64,000 bases of DNA from an uncultured delta proteobacterium (GTDB lineage: Bacteria; Desulfobacterota; Binatia; UBA9968): contig CAWFJP010000013.1 of the NCBI GenBank assembly GCA_963816145.1, forward strand, positions 32,001 through 96,000. Direction: 5' to 3'. The translations under genes were made by a program, and so were the position numbers. This document shows positions 37,152-47,131 of the stretch, piece after piece. The stretch's first letter is position 1. Every line of letters begins with the position of its first letter. The notes below the pieces were generated by a model. That model worked only from the letters and a program-made list of their open reading frames with translations. It searched no databases and had not been told where the DNA came from.

Positions 37152-37889
37152 TCACGCGCCGGCGGCCTTTCTCTGATCGGTTTGGAGTAGATGTCTGGCA
37201 AAAAATTCCACGGTCCGTGCCCAAGAGGTTGCGTCATGGTCAGGCTTGTAAGTCTTCCCGCCGGCGCGATTAAAGCCATGGTGCGTGTCGGGGTAGAAGA
37301 AAAACTCATGGGCTTTGCCTAAGCGTGTGAGCTCGGCATCGAGCTTGCGCATCTCATCCGGCGGGGGATTTTTGTCGAGTTCGCCGAAATGGCCTTGGAC
37401 CGGGCAGCAAACATTGGTCGCCAAGCTTGCCGGTGTCGGGTGGTCGCCCCATTGCGAGTAACAACCGCCGCCATAGAAATCGACGGCAGCTTTGAAGAGG
37501 GTGGTCGCCGCCGCGCCGAGAAAGGCGATGCGCCCGCCCATGCAAAAGCCGACGATTCCCAGGCGCGAGGTATCCGCCGTGGCGCAGCCTTTGAGGAAGC
37601 TAACCGTCGCATTGATGTCGTTCATAACGTTGACGTCGTTGCGGCTATTTTTAATGCTCGCGGTTGCCTCTGGCGTCTTCGGCTCGCCTTCGCGGTGATA
37701 GAACTGCGGTGCGATGCCGACGTAGCCAGCGGCGGCGACCCTTCGGGTCATTTCTTGAGTAAACTCGGCGACACCGTCTTGATTTTGCACGACGATGATC
37801 GCCGGCACCGGACCGGCAACTTCGGGCTGAGCCAGGTACATGCCCATGGGGCTATTATCGACAGTGACTTTTTCCCAGGATGTTTTCAT
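37152..37889 (-). CDS. Dienelactone hydrolase family protein
   Basis: GFCMGG nucleophile Cys, HFGELD, HHGF triad motifs. Confidence 0.92.
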   Translation of the reverse strand: MKTSWEKVTVDNSPMGMYLAQPEVAGPVPAIIVVQNQDGVAEFTQEMTRRVAAAGYVGIAPQFYHREGEPKTPEATASIKNSRNDVNVMNDINATVSFLKGCATADTSRLGIVGFCMGGRIAFLGAAATTLFKAAVDFYGGGCYSQWGDHPTPASLATNVCCPVQGHFGELDKNPPPDEMRKLDAELTRLGKAHEFFFYPDTHHGFNRAGGKTYKPDHDATSWARTVEFFARHLLQTDQRKAAGA

Positions 37890-38067
37890 AAGAATCTTTC
37901 GTCCAACCTCTCAACAGGATTTGACTTTATTTATGCCTCCGACGGGCGAGCTGTCAAACGATTCACGAGCCATCTCTGGGCGCGGTTCGCCCGGATAAGT
38001 TCCTTGTCACCAAGATTGATGCTACTAATAAGCGCATGACACAGGTTGTTTTACAGGAGTTTCCGAA

Positions 38068-39534
38068 ATGATCGCCAAGAGCTGGAGAAATGTTACCGGG
38101 CGCCGAGCAAGGCTGGCGGTTGCGATGGCGCTGCTGTTTCTGGCGTCGGCGTTAAATGCCGACGCCGCGGAGCCCGAGCCGACCAAGCACCGGGCGCCGA
38201 ACGCCAAAGCTACGACACAGAAAACCAAGCCGGCGGACAAGACTCCTAGGGCGGAAAAGTCTTACGATATTGTTTTTGAGGAATTCAAGCTCAAGAACGG
38301 TCTGCGTGTGCTGCTTGCCGAGGATCACCACGCGCCGACTTTCTCCATCGCCATGACCTACAATGTCGGCTCCCGTGACGAGCGGCCAGGACGCACCGGG
38401 TTTGCCCACCTCTTCGAGCATATGTTGTTTCAGGGCTCGGAGAATGTCGGCAAGGGCGAGCATTTTATCCTGATCCAAAACAACGGCGGCAGCGCCAACG
38501 GCACTACCAACACCGACCGCACCAACTACTTTGAAACTCTCCCGGCCAACCAGTTGGAACTGGCTATCTTTCTCGAAGCCGACCGCATGCGCGCGCCAGC
38601 GATCAACCAAGCCAACTTCGACAATCAGCGCGCGACCGTGCAAGAGGAGCGCCGGCAGAATTACGACAACCGCGCGTACGGCAAGACCTATGAGGCGGTG
38701 ATCGATTTAGCCTATGATAATTTTCCCTACAAGCATTCAACCATCGGCTCCATGGACGATCTCAACGCGGCGACACTGGACGATGCCACGGCGTTCTTTC
38801 GCACCTATTACGCGCCGAATAATGCGGTGCTATCGATGGTCGGCAGTTTCAAAACGGAAACTGCCTTGGCAATGATCAAGAAGTATTTCGAGAATATTCC
38901 GGCGCAGCCGGCGCCGGCGCCGACGGATGCGAGCGAACCGGAGCCCAAAGCAGAGCGGCGCAAGACGCTCGAAGACGGCTTCGCGCAAACGCCGCGTCTC
39001 GACATCGTGTTCAGGATTCCGCCGGCCAATACGCCGGATTGGTACGCGTTGGAATTGCTCGGCCAGATTCTTTCCAGCGGCGTGTCGTCGCGGTTGTATC
39101 AAAAATTCGTCAAGGAAAAAGAGATGGCGTTGAGCGTTTACGCCGACGCGGAGGAAAGACGCGGGCCATCGCTGTTCTGGTTTAGCGTGATGGCGCGCCC
39201 GACCACCGATCTCAATGCCCTGGAAAAACTGCTCTACGAAGAGATCTTGCGGATTCAGAAATCATCGGTGCAAGATTCGGAGTTGAACAAAGTGCGCATG
39301 CAGCTACGCCGCCAGCGGGCGCAGCAACTCTACAGCACGCGGTCGCGGGCCAACTCGCTGGGCCATTTTGCGGTCTATTACAACGATCCCGGTTTGATCA
39401 ACAAAGTTTGGCGTGTTTACGAGCAGATTACCAACGCCGATATCCAACGAGTGGCGCAAAAGTATTTTACCGAGTCCAACCGCACCGTGGTGACCACGCT
39501 GCCTAAGACGGCCCCGGCCCCGAGCGGCAGTTAA
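38068..39534 (+). CDS. M16B zinc peptidase, catalytic subunit
   Basis: Signal peptide; LKNGLRV, GFAHLFEH (HxxEH), NGTT..DRTNY, EERR, YYAPNNA. Confidence 0.93.
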   Translation: MIAKSWRNVTGRRARLAVAMALLFLASALNADAAEPEPTKHRAPNAKATTQKTKPADKTPRAEKSYDIVFEEFKLKNGLRVLLAEDHHAPTFSIAMTYNVGSRDERPGRTGFAHLFEHMLFQGSENVGKGEHFILIQNNGGSANGTTNTDRTNYFETLPANQLELAIFLEADRMRAPAINQANFDNQRATVQEERRQNYDNRAYGKTYEAVIDLAYDNFPYKHSTIGSMDDLNAATLDDATAFFRTYYAPNNAVLSMVGSFKTETALAMIKKYFENIPAQPAPAPTDASEPEPKAERRKTLEDGFAQTPRLDIVFRIPPANTPDWYALELLGQILSSGVSSRLYQKFVKEKEMALSVYADAEERRGPSLFWFSVMARPTTDLNALEKLLYEEILRIQKSSVQDSELNKVRMQLRRQRAQQLYSTRSRANSLGHFAVYYNDPGLINKVWRVYEQITNADIQRVAQKYFTESNRTVVTTLPKTAPAPSGS

Positions 39535-39544
39535 TCGTTGAGTA

Positions 39545-41050
39545 ATGATCATGAGTAAATCGATGGCGGCAATTTATCGCATTTTCTGCGCTGCACTGGC
39601 GCTGGCAACGGGCTTGACTCTGGCGGCGCCGGCGCGCGGCCAAGACGGCACCACGCCGCCACCGAGTAAAGTCGAGCGCAAGAACCGCGCGCCGGTGGCG
39701 CGGGATATTCTCAGCGTGAAACTTCCCAAACCGGTTGAAGCCAAGCTCAAGAATGGTTTGACGGTTTTGATTATCGAAGATCACCGCGCGCCTTTTGTCA
39801 GCGTGCAACTGCATGTCGGCGGCGCGGGCGGTTTGTTCGAACCAACGGCAATGACCGGCCTGGCCAGCGTCACCGCGCAAATGCTGCGGGAAGGGACCAA
39901 AACCAAAAATAGTATTCAGTTGGCCGAGGAGATCGACCGATTGGGCGCGTCGATAGGCGCCGGCTCATCGTTCGGCTCGTCGGACACGGTACTGAGCGCT
40001 TCCGGGCTGAGCGATAACTTCGACGACTGGATGGGCATCGCCTTCGAGATCCTCCTGCAACCGAGTTTTGCCGCCGATGAGTTGGAAAAGCTCAAGCAAC
40101 GCCTGCGTGTGCAGCTGCGCGAGCAGCGTTCCAACGCTAATTTTCTCTTAAGCGAACGTTTCAACCGCGCGGTGTATGGCGAGCATCCGGCGGCCAACGT
40201 ATCGGTGACGGCGGAGTCGCTCGACCGGCTCACTCAGGACGCATTGCGCAAATGGCATCGCGAGCGCTACGCGCCGCAGAATTCGATCCTCGGCATTGCT
40301 GGCGATGTGCGCGCCAAAGATCTGATCGCGAAACTAGAGAAGCGGCTCGACGCCTGGAAGAAGTCCGATCTAAAGCCGGTGTTGCCGCGCGATCCGCAGG
40401 CCGCGAGCGCACGTAAAGTCTACCTCGTGCACCGCCCTAACTCGGTGCAAACGACCGTGTCGTTGGGCAACATCGCCATCGACCGGCGCAGCCCCGATTA
40501 TATGCCGATGGTGGTGATGAACGATGTCATCGGCGGCGGCGCGTCGGCACGCTTGTTTCTCAACCTGCGCGAAGAGAAAGGCTACACTTACGGGGTGTAC
40601 AGCGACTTTACCGCATTGCGTTACCCAGGTCCCTGGCGCGCCGGCGGCAACATGCGCACCGAAGTGACCGAAGGCGCGCTGGTCGAATTCTTCAACGAGA
40701 TCCGGCGCATTCGCGACGAGAAAGTTCCGCTGGCTGAGTTGGCAGAGAGTAAACGCTCGATCGTCGCCAGTTTCGCACTGTCTTTGGAGCAGCCGTCGCG
40801 GGTGCTGGGTTTCGCCATCACGCGTAAGCTTTACGGCTTGCCGGCCGACTATTGGGACATCTACGCCGCCAAGATCGCCGCGGTGACCGTGGCGGATGTG
40901 CAGCGGGTAGCGCGCAAGTATCTCGATCCCGATAAGATTCAGATCGCTGCGGTGGGCGATGCTGGCAAGATCAAAGCGATTTTGGAGAAATACGGCGCAG
41001 TGGAAGTCTATGACAGCAACGGCGCGCCCCTGCCGCCCGGCAAGTCTTAA
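39545..41050 (+). CDS. M16B peptidase partner subunit (no HxxEH)
   Basis: Signal peptide; LKNGLTV, GLASVTAQML in place of HxxEH, RLFLNLREEKGYTY (R/Y pair). Confidence 0.92.
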   Translation: MIMSKSMAAIYRIFCAALALATGLTLAAPARGQDGTTPPPSKVERKNRAPVARDILSVKLPKPVEAKLKNGLTVLIIEDHRAPFVSVQLHVGGAGGLFEPTAMTGLASVTAQMLREGTKTKNSIQLAEEIDRLGASIGAGSSFGSSDTVLSASGLSDNFDDWMGIAFEILLQPSFAADELEKLKQRLRVQLREQRSNANFLLSERFNRAVYGEHPAANVSVTAESLDRLTQDALRKWHRERYAPQNSILGIAGDVRAKDLIAKLEKRLDAWKKSDLKPVLPRDPQAASARKVYLVHRPNSVQTTVSLGNIAIDRRSPDYMPMVVMNDVIGGGASARLFLNLREEKGYTYGVYSDFTALRYPGPWRAGGNMRTEVTEGALVEFFNEIRRIRDEKVPLAELAESKRSIVASFALSLEQPSRVLGFAITRKLYGLPADYWDIYAAKIAAVTVADVQRVARKYLDPDKIQIAAVGDAGKIKAILEKYGAVEVYDSNGAPLPPGKS

Positions 41051-41081
41051 GTTGCGCGCCTTATCTCATCGTTTCGGGCAC

Positions 41082-41097
41082 GGCAATTTGAATTGCC
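41082..41097. promoter_or_regulatory. Palindrome, possible operator upstream of the CoA-transferase gene
   Basis: GGCAATT-TG-AATTGCC, a 7-bp inverted repeat about 90 nt upstream of ATG 41189. Confidence 0.3.
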
Positions 41098-41188
41098 AAC
41101 TGCGCAACCGCTGGCGTCTTGTTTCCTACCGGTGAATTTAAATATACTCCGAGAGCTTTAGCGAAGACTGCTTGAATGGAGCTTCTCG

Positions 41189-43600
41189 ATGTCTGATGCC
41201 AACCGATCGACCAGTGCTTTGGCCGGCCTACGCGTGCTCGACCTGACCGGCCGCATGGGCGGCTATTGCGGATTATTGCTTGCTAATCTTGGCGCCGAAG
41301 TGTTGCTCATCGAGCCGCCAGGCGGCGATCCAATGCGGCGCGAAGGTCCGTTTAAAAATGACACTGCCCATGCGGAACGCAGCTTGTCCTTCGCTGCGTA
41401 TCATAGCAACAAACATGGTCTGGTTTTGAATCTCGAAGATGATCATGACCGCGAAAAATTTCATGAGCTCGCCGCCAACGCCGACGTGGTAATCGAAGAC
41501 ACGCCGTATGGTTGTCTCGACCAATTGCGGCTCGGCTACGCCGATTTGCAAAGGCTGAATCCTGCGCTAGTGTTGACTTCTATCAGCGGTTTTGGCCGAA
41601 CCGGACCCTATCGCGAGTTCAAAGCGCCGAGCATTGTCGCTTTTGCCATGGGCGGACTGATGAATCTCTGCGGCCATCCGGGGCGCGCGCCGCTCATGGG
41701 GCCCTGCGACGTGGCTTACCATTTGGGCTCGGTGCATGCAGCGTTTGGTACCATGGCGGCATTGTTCAACCGGCGCGCGACGGGTGTCGGCGATCATGTC
41801 GATATATCGCTGCAAGACGTGTTGGCAGCCGATCCGTTTCTGCGCATCATCAGCCGTTATAGTGTTACCGGCGAAGTGCCGGAGCGCAGCGGCCATAGCC
41901 AGTCGACTACCGTGGCGGAGACCTATCAATGCCAGGACGGCTATGCGCGCATCTTCGTCAACCAACCGGATCACTGGCGCCGTTTTGTCGAGTGGCTGGG
42001 CAATCCGGCAGAACTGCTCGATCCGAAATTGGAGAATGTCCAGAGCCGCTTCGCACTGCGCTCTCTGATCGATCGTCTGGTCGAAGCGCGCACACTTAAT
42101 TATCCGGTGAAAAAATTTTTCGAGCAATTTCAAACCAATCGTTTGGCTGCAGCGCCGATCAATCCGCCGAGCGGCTACGTTAACGACGAGCAGACCAAGC
42201 ATCGGAACTATTTTGCCGAAGTCGATCATCCTGCGATGGGCCGCCATCGATTTCCCGGCGATCCTTACAAATTCTCGGCGACCCCATGGCGCATCAGACG
42301 CGGCGCACCGTTGCTCGGCGCCGTCGGCGACAAGATTCCTGAGCCATTCACCGGCCCGTCAGCTTGGCGCGGTGGCGCGGATGCGGCGAAAAGCAATAGC
42401 GCCGCAAACCGAAGACCTCTCGAAGGCATTAGGGTGATCAGTTTCCCGACCGGTATCGTCGGTCCGGCATTGGCAGCACTATTGGCGGAGCAGGGCGCCG
42501 AGGTGATTTCCGTCGAAGCCGGCCGGGTCGTTCGCAGTCCACAGCGCGGGCAGCGCTGGCAAATCGCCTCCGATCTCGAAAGCAATCGCGAGCGCAAGCG
42601 CATTGCTCTCGACATGAAAAATCCCGAGGGACTGGCACTGGCGAAGCAATTGATCGCCAAGTCGGATGTAGTGGTGGAAAATTTCAGCGCTCGGGTGATG
42701 GCGAGTTGGGGTTTGGATTACCCGCGCATGAAAGAAATTCGTCCGGACATCATCATGGCAAGCCTGCAAGCATTCGGTCAGACCGGGCCGCGGCGCGACT
42801 ACGTCAGCTTCGGGCCAATTCTTATGGCCTATTCCGGCATGACCTATCTCTGGCGCGATCCGCAGATCGAGCGGCCAGGTGCCGGCAGCCAGACCGCCTT
42901 TCCCGACTATATCGCACCGTCCTATGGCGCTGTGGCGATCCTCGCCGCGCTGCACCACCGCGCGCGCACCGGCGAAGGACAATACATCGACATCTCGCAA
43001 GCCGAGACCGCGGCGTCGATGATCGGCCCGGCGTTATTGGAACTGCTCGTCAACGGCCGCGAGCCCGCGCCTCAGGGTAACTTCAGCGCGACGGCCGCAC
43101 CCCATGGCGCGTACCACTGCAAAGGCGACGATCGCTGGTGTGCCATCGCGATTGCCGGCCAAGAGGAGTGGAAACGCTTCTGCGAAACCATCGGCCATCG
43201 CGAATGGCTGGCCGACGCGCGATTTGCCGATCCTGCTGCGCGCATCGCCCATCGCAATGAGCTTGATGCTGCAATCGAGTCTTGGACCAGCAAGTACACG
43301 CCGCATCAGTTGATGATCATGTTACAGCGCGACGGCTTCGCCGCTGGCGTTGTCCAGACGGCTGAAGATTTATACCGCGACCCGCACCTGCGCGAGCGCG
43401 GTCTGGCACGAGAGGTTCATCACCGTGAGATCGGCTGGGTGACCCGAGCCGGCCCGACGGCACGGCTTTCTCACAATCGCGTGATCGCCGATGGCCCGGC
43501 GCATGTCGCTGGCGAGGACAACGAAGCGGTGTTGGGCGGGGTCCTCGGCATGGCGGCGGAGAATATTCGCGGTTTGTACGACCGCAAAGTGTTGCGCTAG
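41189..43600 (+). CDS. Class III (CaiB/BaiF) CoA-transferase, fused two-domain form
   Basis: 803 aa with two CaiB repeats (LAGLRVLDL...GAEVLLIEPPGGDPMR; PLEGIRV...SDVVVENFS...FGQTGP). Confidence 0.93.
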   Translation: MSDANRSTSALAGLRVLDLTGRMGGYCGLLLANLGAEVLLIEPPGGDPMRREGPFKNDTAHAERSLSFAAYHSNKHGLVLNLEDDHDREKFHELAANADVVIEDTPYGCLDQLRLGYADLQRLNPALVLTSISGFGRTGPYREFKAPSIVAFAMGGLMNLCGHPGRAPLMGPCDVAYHLGSVHAAFGTMAALFNRRATGVGDHVDISLQDVLAADPFLRIISRYSVTGEVPERSGHSQSTTVAETYQCQDGYARIFVNQPDHWRRFVEWLGNPAELLDPKLENVQSRFALRSLIDRLVEARTLNYPVKKFFEQFQTNRLAAAPINPPSGYVNDEQTKHRNYFAEVDHPAMGRHRFPGDPYKFSATPWRIRRGAPLLGAVGDKIPEPFTGPSAWRGGADAAKSNSAANRRPLEGIRVISFPTGIVGPALAALLAEQGAEVISVEAGRVVRSPQRGQRWQIASDLESNRERKRIALDMKNPEGLALAKQLIAKSDVVVENFSARVMASWGLDYPRMKEIRPDIIMASLQAFGQTGPRRDYVSFGPILMAYSGMTYLWRDPQIERPGAGSQTAFPDYIAPSYGAVAILAALHHRARTGEGQYIDISQAETAASMIGPALLELLVNGREPAPQGNFSATAAPHGAYHCKGDDRWCAIAIAGQEEWKRFCETIGHREWLADARFADPAARIAHRNELDAAIESWTSKYTPHQLMIMLQRDGFAAGVVQTAEDLYRDPHLRERGLAREVHHREIGWVTRAGPTARLSHNRVIADGPAHVAGEDNEAVLGGVLGMAAENIRGLYDRKVLR

Positions 43601-43662
43601 TGTCGCCCGTTTGATTACGAGTTCGCCGTTGCATTTGCGGCGAGCACGCTAAGGAGACCAAG

Positions 43663-44802
43663 ATGCTGCAAGGGTATCGTCTATACGATGCCGATGCTCA
43701 CGCGATGATGAGCCCGCGCATGTGGGAAACTCTGCCGCCGGAGTTCCACGCGCGCCGTCCGCGGCCGACGCGCGTGCATGACGTCGCCGACATGGGACGC
43801 TGGACCAACGGATGGCTGGTCGAGGGGCAAATCATTCCCCACGCCCTGGGACCCGGCAGCCAGCCGGGCAATGAGCCGGCGCGGGTGCTCGAAGAATTCG
43901 GCGCCGAGACCCATAGCCCGGAATTTCCCCTCAGCAGTTTTGATTTATCCGATCCGAGCGCGCGGCTGCGCGGCATGGACTTCATGGGCGTTGATCACCA
44001 GATGCTCTATCCGACGACACTCTACGCGCGCATGACCAACGATCCCGCCTTCGAAGCAGCGCTGATGCGTTCGTACAATCGTTATGTTGGCAAACAATGC
44101 GATCAAGCGCCCAAACGTTTGAAATGGGCCGGGCTCTTGCCACTGCGCAACCCGCGCCAAGGTTGTCAAGCCGTGGCCGAGATGAAAGAGCTGGGCGCCA
44201 GCGCCGCCGTGGTTTACGGCACCGCCGGCGATCGCTTGCTATGTCACCCGAGTTTTGCGCCGGTGTGGGATGAGCTGCATCGATCCGGTCTGCCCCTCTG
44301 CGTGCACATGGGCATGAGCTATCCACCCTTCGCCGAGGTTTGCAACGGCTTGCTCGCGGCCCATGGCATCGGCATGAGTCTGCCGGCGCAGATGGCGTTT
44401 GTCGCCATCGTCGGCCATGGCATGCTCGACCGCTATCCGAATTTGAAGATCGGTTTTCTCGAATTCGGCGCCGAATGGATTCTCTACATGGTGGCGCGCC
44501 TCGATCACTATCTACCCATCGACCGCAGCCAGATGCCGATCAAGACCGAAGTGCCGCAGCGCTCCATCGAAGATTATGCCAAATCGGGACGGATTTTCAT
44601 CGCCGGCGAAGCCGACGATAAACTACTGCCCCAGGAAATTAAGTTGCTCGGCGAAGACCAGATTCTCTACTCATCAGACCTGCCGCACGGCGAAGGCCGC
44701 CACAACGCAGCCAAGGAGATCATCGCCCGCAATGATATTAACGAGCGGCAGAAACATAAGATTCTCTACGATAACGCGGTTATGTTCTTCGGCGAGCCGT
44801 AA
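43663..44802 (+). CDS. Amidohydrolase family 2 protein
   Basis: YDADAH, MDFMGVD..MLYPT, LCVH, FLEFGAEW, YSSDLPH. Confidence 0.9.
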   Translation: MLQGYRLYDADAHAMMSPRMWETLPPEFHARRPRPTRVHDVADMGRWTNGWLVEGQIIPHALGPGSQPGNEPARVLEEFGAETHSPEFPLSSFDLSDPSARLRGMDFMGVDHQMLYPTTLYARMTNDPAFEAALMRSYNRYVGKQCDQAPKRLKWAGLLPLRNPRQGCQAVAEMKELGASAAVVYGTAGDRLLCHPSFAPVWDELHRSGLPLCVHMGMSYPPFAEVCNGLLAAHGIGMSLPAQMAFVAIVGHGMLDRYPNLKIGFLEFGAEWILYMVARLDHYLPIDRSQMPIKTEVPQRSIEDYAKSGRIFIAGEADDKLLPQEIKLLGEDQILYSSDLPHGEGRHNAAKEIIARNDINERQKHKILYDNAVMFFGEP

Positions 44803-44814
44803 GCGGGGTGTCAT

Positions 44815-45453
44815 ATGAAAGGGCAGCTACAGATGTTGGACAAGCTTGCCGTCAACGGCGCCATTCGCAGAGCTGAACGACACCTGGCGAAGGCCGATCC
44901 AGTCATGCAACGGCTCATCGTTCGGCATGGCCACTGTGCCATGGCCGAACGCGAGTTCCAACCGTTTCATATGCTCGCCAATTCGATCATCAGCCAGCAG
45001 CTCTCGACCAGGGCGGCGGCGACAATCAAGGTTCGTGTCGGCGCCCTGGTCGGTGTGCCGTTTCAAATCGATAAAGTGCTTTCGATTGCGCCAGCAAAGC
45101 TCCGTGGCGCCGGGCTATCGCATGCCAAGACCCGCTACATTCGCACGCTCGCCGACCATGTAGACGCCGGCAAATTGGATTTCGACGAAATCATTTCTCT
45201 GGAAGATGAAGCGGTGATTGAAAGGCTCGTCATTGTCCCCGGAATTGGCCGCTGGACTGCCGAAATGTTTCTGCTCTTCGGTCTCAAACGACTGGATGTT
45301 CTCGCCGTTGGCGATGCCGGGTTGCAGCGCGCGGCGCGAAATCTTTATGGCACGAAGCGGAAGTCGGAAAGCCTATTACCGCGAGTCGCTGAAAGTTGGC
45401 GGCCGTACCGGTCGATCGCGTCGTGGTATTTGTGGCGGTCACTAGAAACTTAG
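44815..45453 (+). CDS. alkA: DNA-3-methyladenine glycosylase II (HhH-GPD)
   Basis: SIISQQLS, PGIGRWTAEMFL, DVLAVGD, WRPYRSIASWYLW. Confidence 0.9.
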   Translation: MKGQLQMLDKLAVNGAIRRAERHLAKADPVMQRLIVRHGHCAMAEREFQPFHMLANSIISQQLSTRAAATIKVRVGALVGVPFQIDKVLSIAPAKLRGAGLSHAKTRYIRTLADHVDAGKLDFDEIISLEDEAVIERLVIVPGIGRWTAEMFLLFGLKRLDVLAVGDAGLQRAARNLYGTKRKSESLLPRVAESWRPYRSIASWYLWRSLET

Positions 45454-45457
45454 AGAT

Positions 45458-46087
45458 TCACTCAGGTTTCTTTGTATTTACCCAAGCTTGGATAATCTGG
45501 TTTGATGAGGCCACTTGCCCGTAGTGTTGCTTCACCAAAGCCACAGCTTCGTTATGCGCCTGCGGGCCATAGGTGGTGGCGCAGCAATCCTCAACCAAAG
45601 TGATGTAGTAATCGAGCATGAATCCCACTGTCAGCGTGTGGAAGACGCACATGCCGGTGCCGACACCGGTGACAAGCAGGCTTTTGACGCCGCGGGCGCG
45701 CAGCAGCAGATCCAAGTCGGTGCCGATGAAGGCGCTGTAGCGGTGTTTGGTGATGATCATGTCGCCGGGCCGCGGTTCCAGGCCGGCATGAAATTCCGCG
45801 CCCCAGCTGCCGTCGGCGCAGGCGAGCAGTTCGGGATTTTTGAACTCGGTCCAGACCGGTGAGTTGGTCCATTGGTTGCCGGAAGTTCGCACGAAGCAAA
45901 TGGGAAAGTTGTGGACGCGGGCTTGCTCTACTAAATTCACCAGGCGCGGGATCATGTTTTCGACAAACACCATGTCGCGGCCGCGCTTGCAGGCGGCGCC
46001 GTCGCGGTGGCAGAAGTCGTTTTGCATGTCGACGACGATCAACATGCCGTGCTTGGGATCGACACGTTCTTCCAGAGAAAATCCCAT
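45458..46087 (-). CDS. Isochorismatase-like cysteine hydrolase
   Basis: VVDMQNDF, GSWGAEF, KHRYSAF, GVGTGMCV (D-K-C triad). Confidence 0.92.
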   Translation of the reverse strand: MGFSLEERVDPKHGMLIVVDMQNDFCHRDGAACKRGRDMVFVENMIPRLVNLVEQARVHNFPICFVRTSGNQWTNSPVWTEFKNPELLACADGSWGAEFHAGLEPRPGDMIITKHRYSAFIGTDLDLLLRARGVKSLLVTGVGTGMCVFHTLTVGFMLDYYITLVEDCCATTYGPQAHNEAVALVKQHYGQVASSNQIIQAWVNTKKPE

Positions 46088-46096
46088 GGTGATTCT

Positions 46097-47107
46097 CTAC
46101 TCGTAGAGTTTTTTGATGAAGCCGCTATCTTCGATTTCTTTGACGATGCTGCCGTCGATGAACGATCGCGGGTCAGCGGTGCGCGCTTTGGGATTATCTT
46201 TGCTCATAAACTCCAAGACACTGGTCACGCCTTTGAGCGCTGGGTAGGGGGCGGGTTCAAAGTAACCGGATGAATAGAGGGTGTGCGAGCGTTCCAAATA
46301 CTTTACCTGCGGCGGCGCGGTGCGCAGTTTCTTTTTCATAACTTCGACCGACTCAGTTCGATTCTTTTTGAAGTAGGCGATGCCCTCGATATAGGCTTTC
46401 ATGAACCTAGTTGCTAGATCGCGGTGCGTTTTCACGTAAGCGCGGGTCGTGTCGATCATGCTGTGGAGATAGTAAATATCCATGTCGGCGAGGTCGGCGA
46501 GCACGCGGTAGCCCAAATCTTCGGCGATGAAAAAAGTCGGCTCGGTGAGCACCGCGGCATCAATGGCGCCTTTTTCCAGTCCGGCCATCATGGCGGGGGA
46601 GGCGTTGAGTTGCAGCGTCTGCACGTCGTTCGGGGTCATGCCCCACTGGCGCAGCATGAGCAAGAGCACCATATGCGATGAGGCACCGATACGCGTGACG
46701 CCGACACGTTTACCGCGCAGATCTTCAGGCCGCCGAATGTCGCTGCGCGCCATGACCCGTTGGACGCCTTTGTTAACGATGGAGCCAATCATCACAACAT
46801 CCGCTCCGCTGAGCCCGGCGTTGATCACGGCGCCGCCGCCGGCGGTGAGGAACTGCACATCGCCGGCGATCAGCGCGCTGACGCCACCAGCCGAAGCGCC
46901 GGCAAGAACCACCACCTCGGCGTCAATGCCATTTTTCTTGAACAGCCCTTTGTCTTCGGCGATCCAGATCGCCGCGTTGATCGGCGTGTAAGAACTAAGG
47001 CCGACGCGGATGCGGTCGGGTGCGGTGGCCGCCTGAGCCTTGCCTGAAAAAGTTGACAGTACCAATAGGAATGTGACGAGGGCGGTGCGTAGTCCGATCT
47101 GCTTCAT
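46097..47107 (-). CDS. NitT/TauT (NMT1/SsuA-type) ABC substrate-binding protein
   Basis: Signal peptide; GLFKKNGIDAEV, DLRGKRVGV, IEDSGFIKKLY. Confidence 0.88.
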   Translation of the reverse strand: MKQIGLRTALVTFLLVLSTFSGKAQAATAPDRIRVGLSSYTPINAAIWIAEDKGLFKKNGIDAEVVVLAGASAGGVSALIAGDVQFLTAGGGAVINAGLSGADVVMIGSIVNKGVQRVMARSDIRRPEDLRGKRVGVTRIGASSHMVLLLMLRQWGMTPNDVQTLQLNASPAMMAGLEKGAIDAAVLTEPTFFIAEDLGYRVLADLADMDIYYLHSMIDTTRAYVKTHRDLATRFMKAYIEGIAYFKKNRTESVEVMKKKLRTAPPQVKYLERSHTLYSSGYFEPAPYPALKGVTSVLEFMSKDNPKARTADPRSFIDGSIVKEIEDSGFIKKLYE

Positions 47108-47131
47108 CCTGCCTCCCAGTGCGTGTTTTTT

